40,722 bases of DNA, from the NCBI GenBank assembly GCA_027028725.1, contig JALVIB010000013.1:1-40722 (forward strand), read 5' to 3'. Of the stretch, positions 16,190-26,400 are shown piece after piece. Both the position numbers and the translations under genes were made by a program. The notes under the pieces are model-generated. The model did not search any database. It was given only the letters and a program-made list of their open reading frames with translations, and was not told where the DNA came from. How positions within the stretch are numbered: the stretch's first letter is position 1; each line of letters starts with the position of its first letter. The stretch is from Candidatus Altimarinota bacterium. Its GTDB lineage: Bacteria > Patescibacteriota > Gracilibacteria > UBA4473.

Positions 16190-16192
16190 CCC

Positions 16193-16504
16193 TTACACAT
16201 TCATCATTTCAATCAAAGCTTCTTTTGATTGCATTCCCAAAGTCTCGTTTACAATTTGTCCGTCTTTAAAAACTTTAAAAGTTGGAATAGACATTACTCC
16301 GTATTTCGCAGCAATTTCTGGTGCTTGGTCAATATCAATTTTTACAACCTTCTTTCCTGCTGGAAGTTCGTTTGATAATTCGTCAAGAACAGGAATCATT
16401 GCTTGACAAGGACCGCACCAAGTAGCGAAAAAGTCTACTAAAACTGTGTCTTTGCTGTTTAGAACTTCGTTTTGAAATTCAGCTGCTGTTATTTGTTTTG
16501 CCAT
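16193..16504 (-). CDS. trxA: thioredoxin
   Basis: 103 aa. WCGPCQ active site. VDFFATWCGPC...PTFKVFKDG fold blocks. Confidence 0.93.
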   Translation of the reverse strand: MAKQITAAEFQNEVLNSKDTVLVDFFATWCGPCQAMIPVLDELSNELPAGKKVVKIDIDQAPEIAAKYGVMSIPTFKVFKDGQIVNETLGMQSKEALIEMMNV

Positions 16505-16568
16505 TTTGTATTGGATTAAAAATTAAGACGAGTTAATTTTACTCTCGTCTAGTTCAAAAATCAATTTT

Positions 16569-16576
16569 TTCGCGGG
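16569..16576 (-). repeat. short motif core, 2 nt after the TPR gene stop
   Basis: Minus-strand reading is TAAATCCCGCGAAAAAATTG. Confidence 0.9.
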
Positions 16577-16578
16577 AT

Positions 16579-17193
16579 TTATTTTTCCTTTTTCCCAGCT
16601 TTCAAGATATTTAGAAATGCCAAACACTCTTTGGCTTGATTGGAATTCGGATTAATTTTTAAGACCTTTCTAAATGCTTCTTCGGCTTTTTTCGCATTAT
16701 CAGAATTCATATAACAAACTCCTAAATCACAAAGAATATTCGGATCATCCGGAGCTAAATTATTTGATCTCTCCAAAATCGCCAAACCTTGTTGTGAACG
16801 GCGATTAAAATTATGATAACTCCATCCTAAACACCGCAAGATTTCTGGATGATTTGGTGAAATTTGATCGGCTTTTTCTAATTCTTCAACAGAAGCTTCC
16901 CATTTTTGTTCTAGGGAATACAAAAATCCCAATAAATAATGAGCATTAGCTGACTTTGGACTTAGACGAACAGCTTCCTGAAGAGCTTTACGCGCTTTAT
17001 CAAGTTTCCGCAAAGAAATGTAGTTATCTCCAAGTTCCTCGAAAGCTTCAAAACAATTTGGTTCGTGAACAATCAGTTTATTAAGCAGTTTTACTGCTTT
17101 CTCGTGTTCGCCCATAATCTTTAAATCTTCCGATTGAGCCAACATATCGATAACGAATTGATCATAATTCATGGTTGTTTGATTATATTCCAA
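16579..17193 (-). CDS. tetratricopeptide-repeat protein
   Basis: 204 aa with several 34-aa TPR-like units (...AHYLLGFLYSLEQKWEASVEELEKADQISPNH...). Confidence 0.7.
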   Translation of the reverse strand: MEYNQTTMNYDQFVIDMLAQSEDLKIMGEHEKAVKLLNKLIVHEPNCFEAFEELGDNYISLRKLDKARKALQEAVRLSPKSANAHYLLGFLYSLEQKWEASVEELEKADQISPNHPEILRCLGWSYHNFNRRSQQGLAILERSNNLAPDDPNILCDLGVCYMNSDNAKKAEEAFRKVLKINPNSNQAKECLAFLNILKAGKKEK

Positions 17194-17195
17194 AT

Positions 17196-17203
17196 CCCGC
17201 GAA
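17196..17203 (+). repeat. short motif core between the galU stop and the TPR start
   Basis: CAAATCCCGCGAAATTTCAACTA. 7 nt from the galU stop and 2 nt from the TPR gene start codon. Confidence 0.9.
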
Positions 17204-17210
17204 ATTTCAA

Positions 17211-18089
17211 CTATTTTCCCCTTGCAAACTTCTCAATAATCTGTTGAGCTTTATCTCCTTCTTTTTTGAGAGCAAAGTGTAAAGTTGCTTCTAAAAAACC
17301 AAGTTTGTCCCCAATATCAAAGCGTTTTCCTTCTAAAACTTTTCCCATAAGTTGTCCGCCATTTTGCAAATATTGCCGAAAAGCTGCTGATAAACGAATT
17401 TCACCGCTCTGATCTGCTTCTAATTTCGCGAGATTTTTCAAAATTTCCGGTGTGATAATGTATTTCCCCACAATTGCTAAATTGGATGGAGCTTCATTTG
17501 GTTTTGGTTTTTCGACAACATCTAAAATATCGCCAGATTGCTGAAAATCCCGCGAAATTTTCACGATTCCGTATTTTTCAGAATCTTTTTGGTCGATTTT
17601 TTGTAATAAAATAACTGGATTTTGAGTTTTTTCGTAAATTTCCATTAACTGCTGAACCGAATTTTTTCCTTTTTCATTATCTACAATATCGTCTCCAAAT
17701 AGCACCAAAACAGACTCATCCGGCGCAATTAAATTTTTAGCACACAAGATGGCGTGTCCATCCCCCAGCGGTTCTGGCTGACGAACATAAGAAAAATTCG
17801 CCATTCGTGAAATCCGTTGAATTTGTGCTAATTCTTCAAATTTTTCGCGGGATTTTAATAAATTTTCCAGTTCTACATTTCGATCAAAATGATCTTCAAT
17901 TGCTCTTTTTCCGCGTCCAGTAATTAAAATTATTTCCTCTATTCCCGCTTCTACCGCTTCCTCAACGATAAATTCAATCGCCGGCGTATCAAAAATAGAC
18001 AGCATTTCCTTGGGCTGAACTTTGGTCGCCGGTAAAAACCTCGTCCCAAATCCCGCTACGGGCAAAATCGCTTTGGTAATCTTTTTCAT
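17211..18089 (-). CDS. galU: UTP--glucose-1-phosphate uridylyltransferase
   Basis: KAILPVAGFGTRFLPATKVQPKEML N-terminal signature. Start moved to the internal MKKITKAILP (ATG complement at 18087-18089), which removes the overlap with the upstream gene. Confidence 0.88.
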   Translation of the reverse strand: MKKITKAILPVAGFGTRFLPATKVQPKEMLSIFDTPAIEFIVEEAVEAGIEEIILITGRGKRAIEDHFDRNVELENLLKSREKFEELAQIQRISRMANFSYVRQPEPLGDGHAILCAKNLIAPDESVLVLFGDDIVDNEKGKNSVQQLMEIYEKTQNPVILLQKIDQKDSEKYGIVKISRDFQQSGDILDVVEKPKPNEAPSNLAIVGKYIITPEILKNLAKLEADQSGEIRLSAAFRQYLQNGGQLMGKVLEGKRFDIGDKLGFLEATLHFALKKEGDKAQQIIEKFARGK

Positions 18090-18109
18090 ACGGAAACAGC
18101 TTACAAAAT

Positions 18110-18117
18110 CCCGCGAA
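18110..18117 (+). repeat. short motif core, 4 nt after the Cys-rich gene stop
   Basis: AAAATCCCGCGAAAAAATCA. Confidence 0.9.
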
Positions 18118-18121
18118 AAAA

Positions 18122-19801
18122 TCAATTTAAAACATCTAAATAACACTCCTCACACAAAATTCGTCCGTTATATTTTTCTGGCCAAGAAGTTTGGATTTTT
18201 TTCGCGCATTTTCCGCATTTCGTGTCGCGGAGTTTTCCGTTGAACGGCATCCACGCGAAGTTTTCTTTAATTCGGCGCATATAGTAAGTATTCGGCAACG
18301 GACAACCTAAATCCCGCGAAAATTTAATATCAGCTGGTAAAATTTTGAATGGTCGGTGGTATTCTTCGTCCCAAAAAATTTGCTTTGTCAGCCACGCTTC
18401 TTTTTCCGGTGTTAAATCATCAACCGAATCAGGTATTTCGGAAGTTGGTAAATAATTTTTATTTTTTCGTTCGGAAATCTCCGAAACGCGAAAACCAAGT
18501 TTTTCTTGTGCTTCTCTGGTTAGAGGGAAATGATAACCTGCCCAACTTTCGTCATACGGATTTGGGGCGAAATATCCGGGAAAAAATTTTCCCCAAGTCC
18601 CTTCTTTTTTCATCTGTGCAATGATTTTTTCGCGGGTTTTTTCGTATTCTTCTTTGGTATACTGTTTATTAAAAATGCAGTATTTTTTACCAACTAAACC
18701 ACAACAACCAAAGCAGTTTTCGCATTGGAAACAATACATTGAATAATCGACAAAACGACACTGAACGAGTTGCACTCCAAAACGCGTCATATAACATTTA
18801 TCCTGAATCAACATCCCGCGAAAAACTAGTTCACTTGTTTGTCCATGCATATCTAACAAAGTTTTTCCCGTATAATTTCGTATTAAATTCGCACTTTCTT
18901 CAGTTCCGTTCACAAAATAACAATCGACACAATCGTTACAATTATCAGTATAGTTTCCAGTTGTGTTTTCGCATTTATCTAAATAAAGTGTGCGATGCCA
19001 CGCATTTTTTGTCATCATCTGAGCAAAAAAACTTTTGGCTTTATCGTAAATTTCGCGGGATTTTAGATTCCATTGGGCTTTCTTTTTTTCGTATTCTTCG
19101 CGAGAAAGTTGTTTGTTTCCAAAGCAATATTGTTTGTTCCGTAAATTAAAACAGAACATACAATTTGAGCAATTTCGGCAATCGTAAAGAAAGGCTGAAT
19201 CTTGAACATTTTGACAACTTAACAAGTATTTGGAATCAAAAATTTTTCGCGAATTTACGCAATCCAAAGCTAATTCATGATTAAAACCAAAGACACAAAA
19301 ATCTGAATCATTTGAATTTAAAAGACGATAACAATATTTTAAATCTTCGTCTTCAACTCCAGAATGACACAAATAACAATTTTTAGAATACCACCAGTCA
19401 TCAGTATATTCGCAATTTTCATTTCCCACTCCGGTATTGTGTGGAATAGGACACTTTTGAAAAAGTTCCCAAGCTTGTGAAAAGAAATCCCGCGCCGCGC
19501 CCCGCTCTGCGGTGGAAAAATCATAGTCCGCACTTGGCGGATTATTTTCTTTCATCCAAACATCTTTATGCCAAACCGGATAGGGACATTTTTCCGAAAA
19601 AACGGAAATAATTGGTTTACCGGTTTTATCACATTTGCGATTATGCAAGTTCCAGTGTTGCCAAAACGCTCCCAATTCACGAAATCTCACCCATGGTGCG
19701 GTTGTCGGTAAATCAAAAAAACCGAATTTTTCGCGGAGTTTTATTTCTAATTCCGAAACTTCAAATTCTTCGCCGGAAATTGTGCAGGTTTGTTTGGTCA
19801 T
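18122..19801 (-). CDS. very cysteine-rich repeat protein with a C-terminal zinc-ribbon-like CxxC...CxxC, unknown function
   Basis: 559 aa. Repeated Cys patterns (NCEYTDDWWYSKNCYLCHS, DCRNCSNCMFCFNLRNKQYCF, CFQCENCFGCCGLVGKKYCIFNKQY). Ends CGKCAKK...CEECY. TGA stop. Carries one composite repeat in frame (ERGAARDF). Confidence 0.6.
   Translation of the reverse strand: MTKQTCTISGEEFEVSELEIKLREKFGFFDLPTTAPWVRFRELGAFWQHWNLHNRKCDKTGKPIISVFSEKCPYPVWHKDVWMKENNPPSADYDFSTAERGAARDFFSQAWELFQKCPIPHNTGVGNENCEYTDDWWYSKNCYLCHSGVEDEDLKYCYRLLNSNDSDFCVFGFNHELALDCVNSRKIFDSKYLLSCQNVQDSAFLYDCRNCSNCMFCFNLRNKQYCFGNKQLSREEYEKKKAQWNLKSREIYDKAKSFFAQMMTKNAWHRTLYLDKCENTTGNYTDNCNDCVDCYFVNGTEESANLIRNYTGKTLLDMHGQTSELVFRGMLIQDKCYMTRFGVQLVQCRFVDYSMYCFQCENCFGCCGLVGKKYCIFNKQYTKEEYEKTREKIIAQMKKEGTWGKFFPGYFAPNPYDESWAGYHFPLTREAQEKLGFRVSEISERKNKNYLPTSEIPDSVDDLTPEKEAWLTKQIFWDEEYHRPFKILPADIKFSRDLGCPLPNTYYMRRIKENFAWMPFNGKLRDTKCGKCAKKIQTSWPEKYNGRILCEECYLDVLN
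19485..19521 (+). repeat. composite element copy b (in frame in the Cys-rich gene)
   Basis: AAATCCCGCG-CCGCGCCCCGCTCTGCGGTGG-AAAAAT. Read antisense as STAERGAARDF. Confidence 0.85.
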
Positions 19802-19803
19802 TT

Positions 19804-19989
19804 TCAGATTTGAGGAATATTTAAGTATTTACATATTTTCTGTGCCAAAATATTTGAAATCTCAGCATGTCGCGGAACTGTTTGGATATCTCCAGTTATA
19901 GTGTTTTGCCAAATAGAATGACTTCTCCCCTCTCTTCTCAAAACGCAATTATTTTTTCTCAAATGTTTCAGCAATATTTTTTGTTTCAT
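19804..19989 (-). CDS. hicA: HicA-family toxin (mRNA interferase)
   Basis: 61 aa. LLKHLRKNNCVLRREGRSHSIW...TVPRHAEISNILAQKICKYL matches the HicA/YcfA pattern (GSH-like RSH, P.H, Ilkq). The stop lies 2 nt before the next gene's start. Confidence 0.8.
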   Translation of the reverse strand: MKQKILLKHLRKNNCVLRREGRSHSIWQNTITGDIQTVPRHAEISNILAQKICKYLNIPQI

Positions 19990-19990
19990 A

Positions 19991-20197
19991 CTAAACGGCT
20001 AAAATTTCTCGCGAAAATCCCGCGAAATTTTTATCTGCTTCTTCTCGACGATACTTAAATAAAAGTTCTATGGCTTCCCGTAAACTTTTAACAGCTTCTT
20101 TGCGGGTTTCACCTTGTCCATTGGCTTCCGGAATTTCCGCACAAGTTGCAATCCAGAGATTTTTATCTTGAGTCAGAAAGATTGTTAAATTTTTCAT
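19991..20197 (-). CDS. hicB: HicB-like antitoxin (UPF0150 N-terminal domain only)
   Basis: Internal start MKNLTIFLTQDKNLWIATCAEIPEANGQGETRKEAVKSLREAIELL is the typical HicB N-domain. I see no RHH/HTH DNA-binding domain. The C-terminal tail NFAGFSREILAV is encoded by two motif copies. 1-nt gap to hicA. Confidence 0.7.
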   Translation of the reverse strand: MKNLTIFLTQDKNLWIATCAEIPEANGQGETRKEAVKSLREAIELLFKYRREEADKNFAGFSREILAV

Positions 20198-20263
20198 ACC
20201 ATAAATATAAGAAAATATTAGGCAATTTGCAAATCTTAAAAATTTCGCGGGATTTTTCATCCT

Positions 20264-20372
20264 GTCATTTCGACTGGGAGCTGAAATTTAAGTTCGTATA
20301 GAATGGAGAAATCTTCTATTGAGATCTCTCCACTGCTTACATTTTAACCAAATCTTTATCGGTCGAGATGAC
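20264..20372. mobile_element. MITE-like element with GTCATTTCGAC / GTCGAGATGAC termini
   Basis: 11-bp TIR with one mismatch. Internal hairpin GGAGAAATCT...AGATCTCTCC. Lies between the giant-gene stop and the hicB start. Confidence 0.6.
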
Positions 20373-20395
20373 AATAATGATTTGGAATTGAAAAT

Positions 20396-20403
20396 TTCGC
20401 GGG
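20396..20403 (-). repeat. short motif core, 3 nt after the giant-gene stop
   Basis: Minus-strand reading is TAAAATCCCGCGAAATTTT. Confidence 0.9.
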
Positions 20404-20406
20404 ATT

Positions 20407-23400
20407 TTATTGCACCACAATATCTTTTACCGGAATGAAAAATTCCGCGATTTTTTTGTCTATCCCTTTCTCGTTTTCGATGTTAATTGTAAAAATTAGT
20501 GGTTCTTTTTCATCAGTGGCTTTTTTCGGAAGAATTTTTAAGTTTTTCAAATAATCAGTTGCTTCAAATTTTCCCGAATTATTCAAAATTCCAACAGTCC
20601 GTTTGTTCGCATTGTCTAATAAAACAACTCCATCTGAAAAACTTTGCCAAACGAAATCATCTTGATCATCTGCGTCAACAACCTGAATTTCTGATGAATT
20701 TTTGACAGATTTCGCGGGAATTTCCGAAGTATTAGAGTTGATTTTGACATCATTTTCCCCGCTCGTTTTCAAGGTAATAGTCGCCATTTCCTCCATTTTG
20801 TCATCAGTAATTTTGATAGCAAAAGGTTTTGTCGTAATTCTCGTGTGAGCTTTTTTAGAATTCAAAATCATTGGACGACCAGTCGGCAAAATCGCCGCCA
20901 AAACTTCTTTTGTGTTTTTATCTTTTAATAAAATATTTCCAGATGTTCCTAATTCTTCTAACACAAAATTTCCACCTTTTTCAGAAATGGCAGTTTTTTC
21001 CAAAATATCTTTTCTCCCCTTTCGCTCACGCAAAACTCCAACTCTCAATCCACTAATCCCCTCTTTTATTTTCCCGCGAATTTTTTGTTCGCGCCGTGAA
21101 ACATCAATTAGTTTTAATTTTGGAACTTTAACTTCAATTGGAATAATTTGTGTCGCGATATTTCCGGATTCGTCAGCAATATTTAGCTCTACTTCAAAGT
21201 TCTGTGGAAAATTTTTCGCGGGCAATTTTATTTTTAATAATTGTGTCGGTGATTTTTTGTCTTTATCTGAATCAAGGAAAATGTGTCCGTCTCGCTTCCA
21301 CCAAACCCGCGAAATTTTTTGGTTATCATAACTTCCCGAAGCATCAATTTCAATCGGCGCTGTAATAAATGCTTCAATTTTACTTCCTTGTGAAATAATG
21401 ATTTGCGGCGGTTCGGTATCATCTCCCGGCTGTGGATCATGCAGTAAGTTTTTAGAGAGCACGAAACTTTCACCGTCTTTTTTGAAGGCCTTAAATTGTC
21501 CATAATGATTACCTAGATTTAGTTTTTGAAAGTTATCAATAAAATTTTCGCGGGAATTGAAGCTGTGTAGTTCATAACTTTCTCCACCATAAATGTGGAC
21601 TTTGGTATCGTTGTAAAGATTTAATTCTACTTCATCATTATTACCTAATTCAAAGCGCATATTGGAGAAAAAGTGATCTCCAACTTTCGGCACAAATTTT
21701 TCAATTTTTCCTAAATCCAAATAATTAATTTCTCCGCGAGTTAGACAAATTTCCGCGAAATCTACGGCAGTTTCTTCCCCCGCTCGCAAAATAATGTCGC
21801 GTTCTTCGGCTTGCTGTCCTTCTCGTTTTTTAGTTTTCACTCGGAATTGTGATTCTTTCCCAATTCCCACCAAAATTGTTTCTTCTGGGAAAAACGGCTT
21901 CACTACTTCCGGATCGCGACACTCGCTCGCGGAAAATCTCGCGATTTTTTTCATTTTATTTCCGTATAAAATTGGATGTCCAACAATCTTTTTAATTTGA
22001 GCTACTCCCGGACGAATCTCGTATTTATGACCTTTCGGGCGGATCAAAAATCCAATTCGTTTCCATTCTTTGGAATATTTTTCCACCGCCTTGCGGGGCA
22101 CTGCGCGGGATTTTGGTGTTTTTTCAAAGATTCGGTCCGGTCGCTCTGAAATAATCCACTCAAAGTAAGAAATTTCGCGGGATTTTGGTGGCAAAAATTC
22201 CAAACTAGATCCTATTGCATTAGTTTCTGAATTAAGTTCAATCGCTGGTGCGAAATATTTGGAAAATTCCGCGAAATTTTGGTGTATGACTTCTTTGGAA
22301 GTTTGTGATTCAGTTGGAAATTTATCTTTCAAGCGTTTCATAAAGAGTTGTCCGTCAATTGAGTAAAGTAATTCCGGTGTGCCATCTTCATCTAAATCAG
22401 AAACATTTAAAGTATGGATTTTCCCATTTACCGGAAAATCGGTAATCACTTCGGCTTTATCTTTTTGTGAATCGTAATAATATAGTTTGGCAATTGGTTG
22501 CGGCTCAATATTTTTTGGATCATATTTACTGGTATCAACATTATCCGGTAAGAAATTTGGTACATCATCAGCCGAAGCTAACATATTCTTGTAAAGAGCC
22601 AGATGTTTTTCAAGACGCGATTTAATTTTCTTTTGTTGAAAATCTAGCGGAATATCCGTTGCCGAATCAGCTAATTTTTTCAGTTTTTGTAAAACCGGTC
22701 TTGTGTCGATTTCTCCGGAATTATCTTCCACTTCGTCAAATAAATTTATCGCGACCGTTTCCACTTTCTCATTTTTTATCGACGAAGTTGGTAAATTTCG
22801 CGGGATTATACTTTCCGGATTTGGAATTCCACCTTTTCCCATCGTACTTAAAGTATTTGTGATGGCGTTCATTGTTTGTGCCAAAGCTGTCAAAGAAGCG
22901 TTTACACTTTCAAAAGCCGGCACAAGCGGAACTTTTGGTTTAATATTAATTGTTGGTGCTACCATTTTCGGCATAAGTGGTAGTTGTGCCGAAGGAACAA
23001 AATCCATTGGCAATAAACTTGTTCTATTTGTTAATTGCACAACTCGCGAAGCCACTTTCCATTCCGGAATTGGAATAATTCCCATTGATAACCAACACAG
23101 AATTGTTTTCATAAAAGGCTTAAAGGCAGAAACAATCGCCGTTACCGGTTTCAAAATATTTGGGAAATTTGGCGGTGGCAAAAGCGTTGGTAATTGAGGC
23201 AAATTAATTGTTGGCACTTTGATTTCCGGAACAACTTTTGGTAAAGGCGGCAAAACAACAATGTTTGGAACTTTGATTGTTGGAAATTTAGCGATAAAAT
23301 CAGCATTATAGTTGGCTGAATTTCCCGCGCTGTGCCCCGCTAAGCGGTGGAAATTTCCACCACCTGAAAGTGTTGATAAAGAAGAATCTAAACTAGCGTT

Positions 23401-26400
23401 ATAAGATTTAAGTTTGTTTTCAATGTTTTTTCCAGCGATTAACAGATCTGCTTCGTTGGTAATTCCTTCTAGTGAATCAAAAGTTAAATCTGTCATTTTT
23501 CCAACAGAACCAATTGAGGCAGTAAATCCTTTCAAAGAAGCGTTCAAGCTTTGATCAATTAATTTCGCGGGATTTATCTTGGCAGAAATAGTTGTCGGTA
23601 GTTTTGGTAAACTAACAGGAACTGGCGAAAATGATATTTCGGGAACTGTGACGGATACTCCAATTTTTACATCCGATAAATCAATCATTGTGTTCTGCAT
23701 TTGTGGCATCGGAATAACTGGCAATTTAACAGCGGAAAGCAAGATCTTTAATAACCAAGAAATCATCGTTCCACGATTAACTGAACTCGCTCCCCCACCT
23801 CCACCAGGGACACAACTCACTGTGAAGTCTTTAAATAGATTTGGAATATCATTCCAAGTATCAACGATGCCTTTAACTTTTTTCGCGAATTTTTTCCATT
23901 CTTTAACAGCTTGTTTGTTTTTATTTATCCAGGTTGACCAGTAAACTTCAACTACTTCGTTGATTTTTTCCATTTCCTCAACTGCTCGCTTAATTTTTTT
24001 AGGTAATTCTTTTAGTTTCTTGATCTCTGTCATATATGAATCCAATGCCCTAAGGTTTTCATCAAGAACTGTTTCTATTTTTTCAATCTCATCAATTTGT
24101 TCTTGAATTTTATTTTTCGCGGAATTTTTTAATTCTTGTGGTGTATTTTTTAATCCTATTAATTTTTCGTTAACTAAATTCTTCAATTCTGCCGATCGAG
24201 TCTTAATATTTTGAACCTCGTTTTTAATTGAAAGTTGTAAATCCGGTGGTAATTTACTCAGGTCTGGTAAATTGATTTCAGCTGAAAAATTATTATTAAA
24301 ATTTGTTTGAAAATCAGCAATAGCCCTATCAAAATCCTGAAAATCTGTCAGCTCTAAATCAACTAAACTTTGTGATAAACTCGCCTTGGCATCAGCGGAA
24401 GATTTTTTCCAAAAACTGAAATCTGTTTTTAATTTGTCTAATTTTTCGCGAGAAAAATCTGGATAATTTATCTGTAAATTTTTTCTTTTAACTTCGAAAT
24501 ATGGGGAAGCGGCTAATCTATCTAATGGCTTCATTGATTTATCACCGAATTTTAATTTCGGAAATTTAGGTAAAATTATATCAAACTGCGGGAATTTATA
24601 ATTACTAAATTCGTCCATTTGCGCCTTTGCCCATTCCGTAATAATATCCGGCGCTGCAATATTAAGATTTTGAGAATATCCACCGACTAACGGTGCAAAA
24701 GTTCCATAATTTACATTTCCGTTATCGGCAAAAGAATTTTGTAAAAAAGCATTTCGTGAAGCATTTTCATCAGAATTCGCGGGATTTTCAAAAATACAGT
24801 TATTTGAAGTGTCATTATTATTTCCATTTCCACTAGAAGACGAAGATGATAATGGTGGAACAATCACAAAACACTGTGGTGGGAAAGGGCTTCCGGTAGG
24901 CGACATTGAAGAATCGATAACTGGCCCACCGCAGATACCTATTCCTACTCGTAAAGTAGTTGTCGGCATTATATAAAGTCTAAACAGAGAAGTAGAATTT
25001 GGTCCTACCCCTACAAAAGGTGTAGATGGACCAACCCACAAAATAGGAAATCCTGGGAATTGTGGACCAGGAAAAGCAAACGGCGGAATATAGATGCTTT
25101 GTGGACCGGGAGCCAAGAACGCAATCGAAGGAATTTGTAATCCCGCGAAATTTTGTTTAACCGACATTTCTTGCATTAGTTCTTCAACATCCAGTGTATG
25201 ATAAAAAGGTGGCAAACCATCATCAGAAGAAGTTAAACACTCCAGCATATCACTTGCAGTCGATTCTGCATCAAAATCACTCGGAAAAGTTGTCCCCTCT
25301 GGAAAAGCATCAACGATTTTCTTGAGATGAGTTTTGACTATCGGTGAAGCCGGTGCATCAGGTGTTTTTTTCGCGGGATTTGGTGGATAAAGTTTGCCCG
25401 AACCATACGATAAATATTCGATAAATTTCTTTTTTCCATCAATCACCCACGGAATCAAAATATCATCAATGCCGTCTTTACCGACAAAATCAACCACTTT
25501 GAAACTAATTAACGGAACTTCTACTGTTTTTAATTTCCAAGAAATTCGAACAAGTTGTTGTTTTGGAATATTGCAACCGGAAATCATCATACTTTCCGAT
25601 TTTTCGGATATTTCGGGGTTTCCTTCGCAGTTTGTGAAATCAAAAGAATTGGTATCAACCTGAAATCCCGCGAATTTTGGAACAATTAATTTGAAGTTTT
25701 CCAAATCAATATTCGGTGAGTAAATAGTCACTTTTGCTGTAAATTCCGAATCTTTTTGAACTTTTAAATTATTTAAATTTCGCGGGTTTTCCTGTGTCAT
25801 TTCAAATTTAATGTTGAACGCTTTATTTTCAGTTACTCGTAAAAAATCAGTTTCTCCAATTTTTCGCAAGTTCGGCGTCCAAGCGTAGTCCAGAATATTA
25901 GAAAATCCCGCGAAAAAATTCTGTAAGTTTTTAAATTTATCAGGATTTATGTATTTCAAAGAACGATTTTGTCCATCAGCAGTTGTGTAGTACTCGGAAA
26001 TTTCTTGAAAAGTTGCTCCTGCCGAATCAAGCAATTGTGCTGAATAAAATCCGCCCTCTCGTCCGTAAACGAAATATAAATTATTGGAGTCATCAAGTAG
26101 AACTAAATCATCAAAAGCATCTGAATTAAGTTTGGCTACCGCGATTTTTTCAATTGGATTTAGCAATCCTAAATTAATTTTTTCGCGGGAAAATTTTCCG
26201 TCTTGATTGTGGTGAAAGATCAGTTTTCCCTCGTCATTAATTTGAATGATGTACTCTAAATCACCATTATTTTTATTGTAAGCGACAGTTTGTTTGGCAC
26301 CATCGGCAAACCGCAGAATTTTTCCGATATCACGGAAATTATCTTGATTGTGCGGATCAGCATAGAGCGCGGAAAGCGTGTCTCCGCTACGCACAAAAAT

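Noticed and set aside
18122-19806. Alternative genetic code with UGA recoded, as in some candidate phyla.
   Set aside because: TGA closes the Cys-rich ORF right after a complete zinc-ribbon and just before galU. TGA also closes hicA 2 nt before the next start. All conserved proteins have normal lengths under the standard code.
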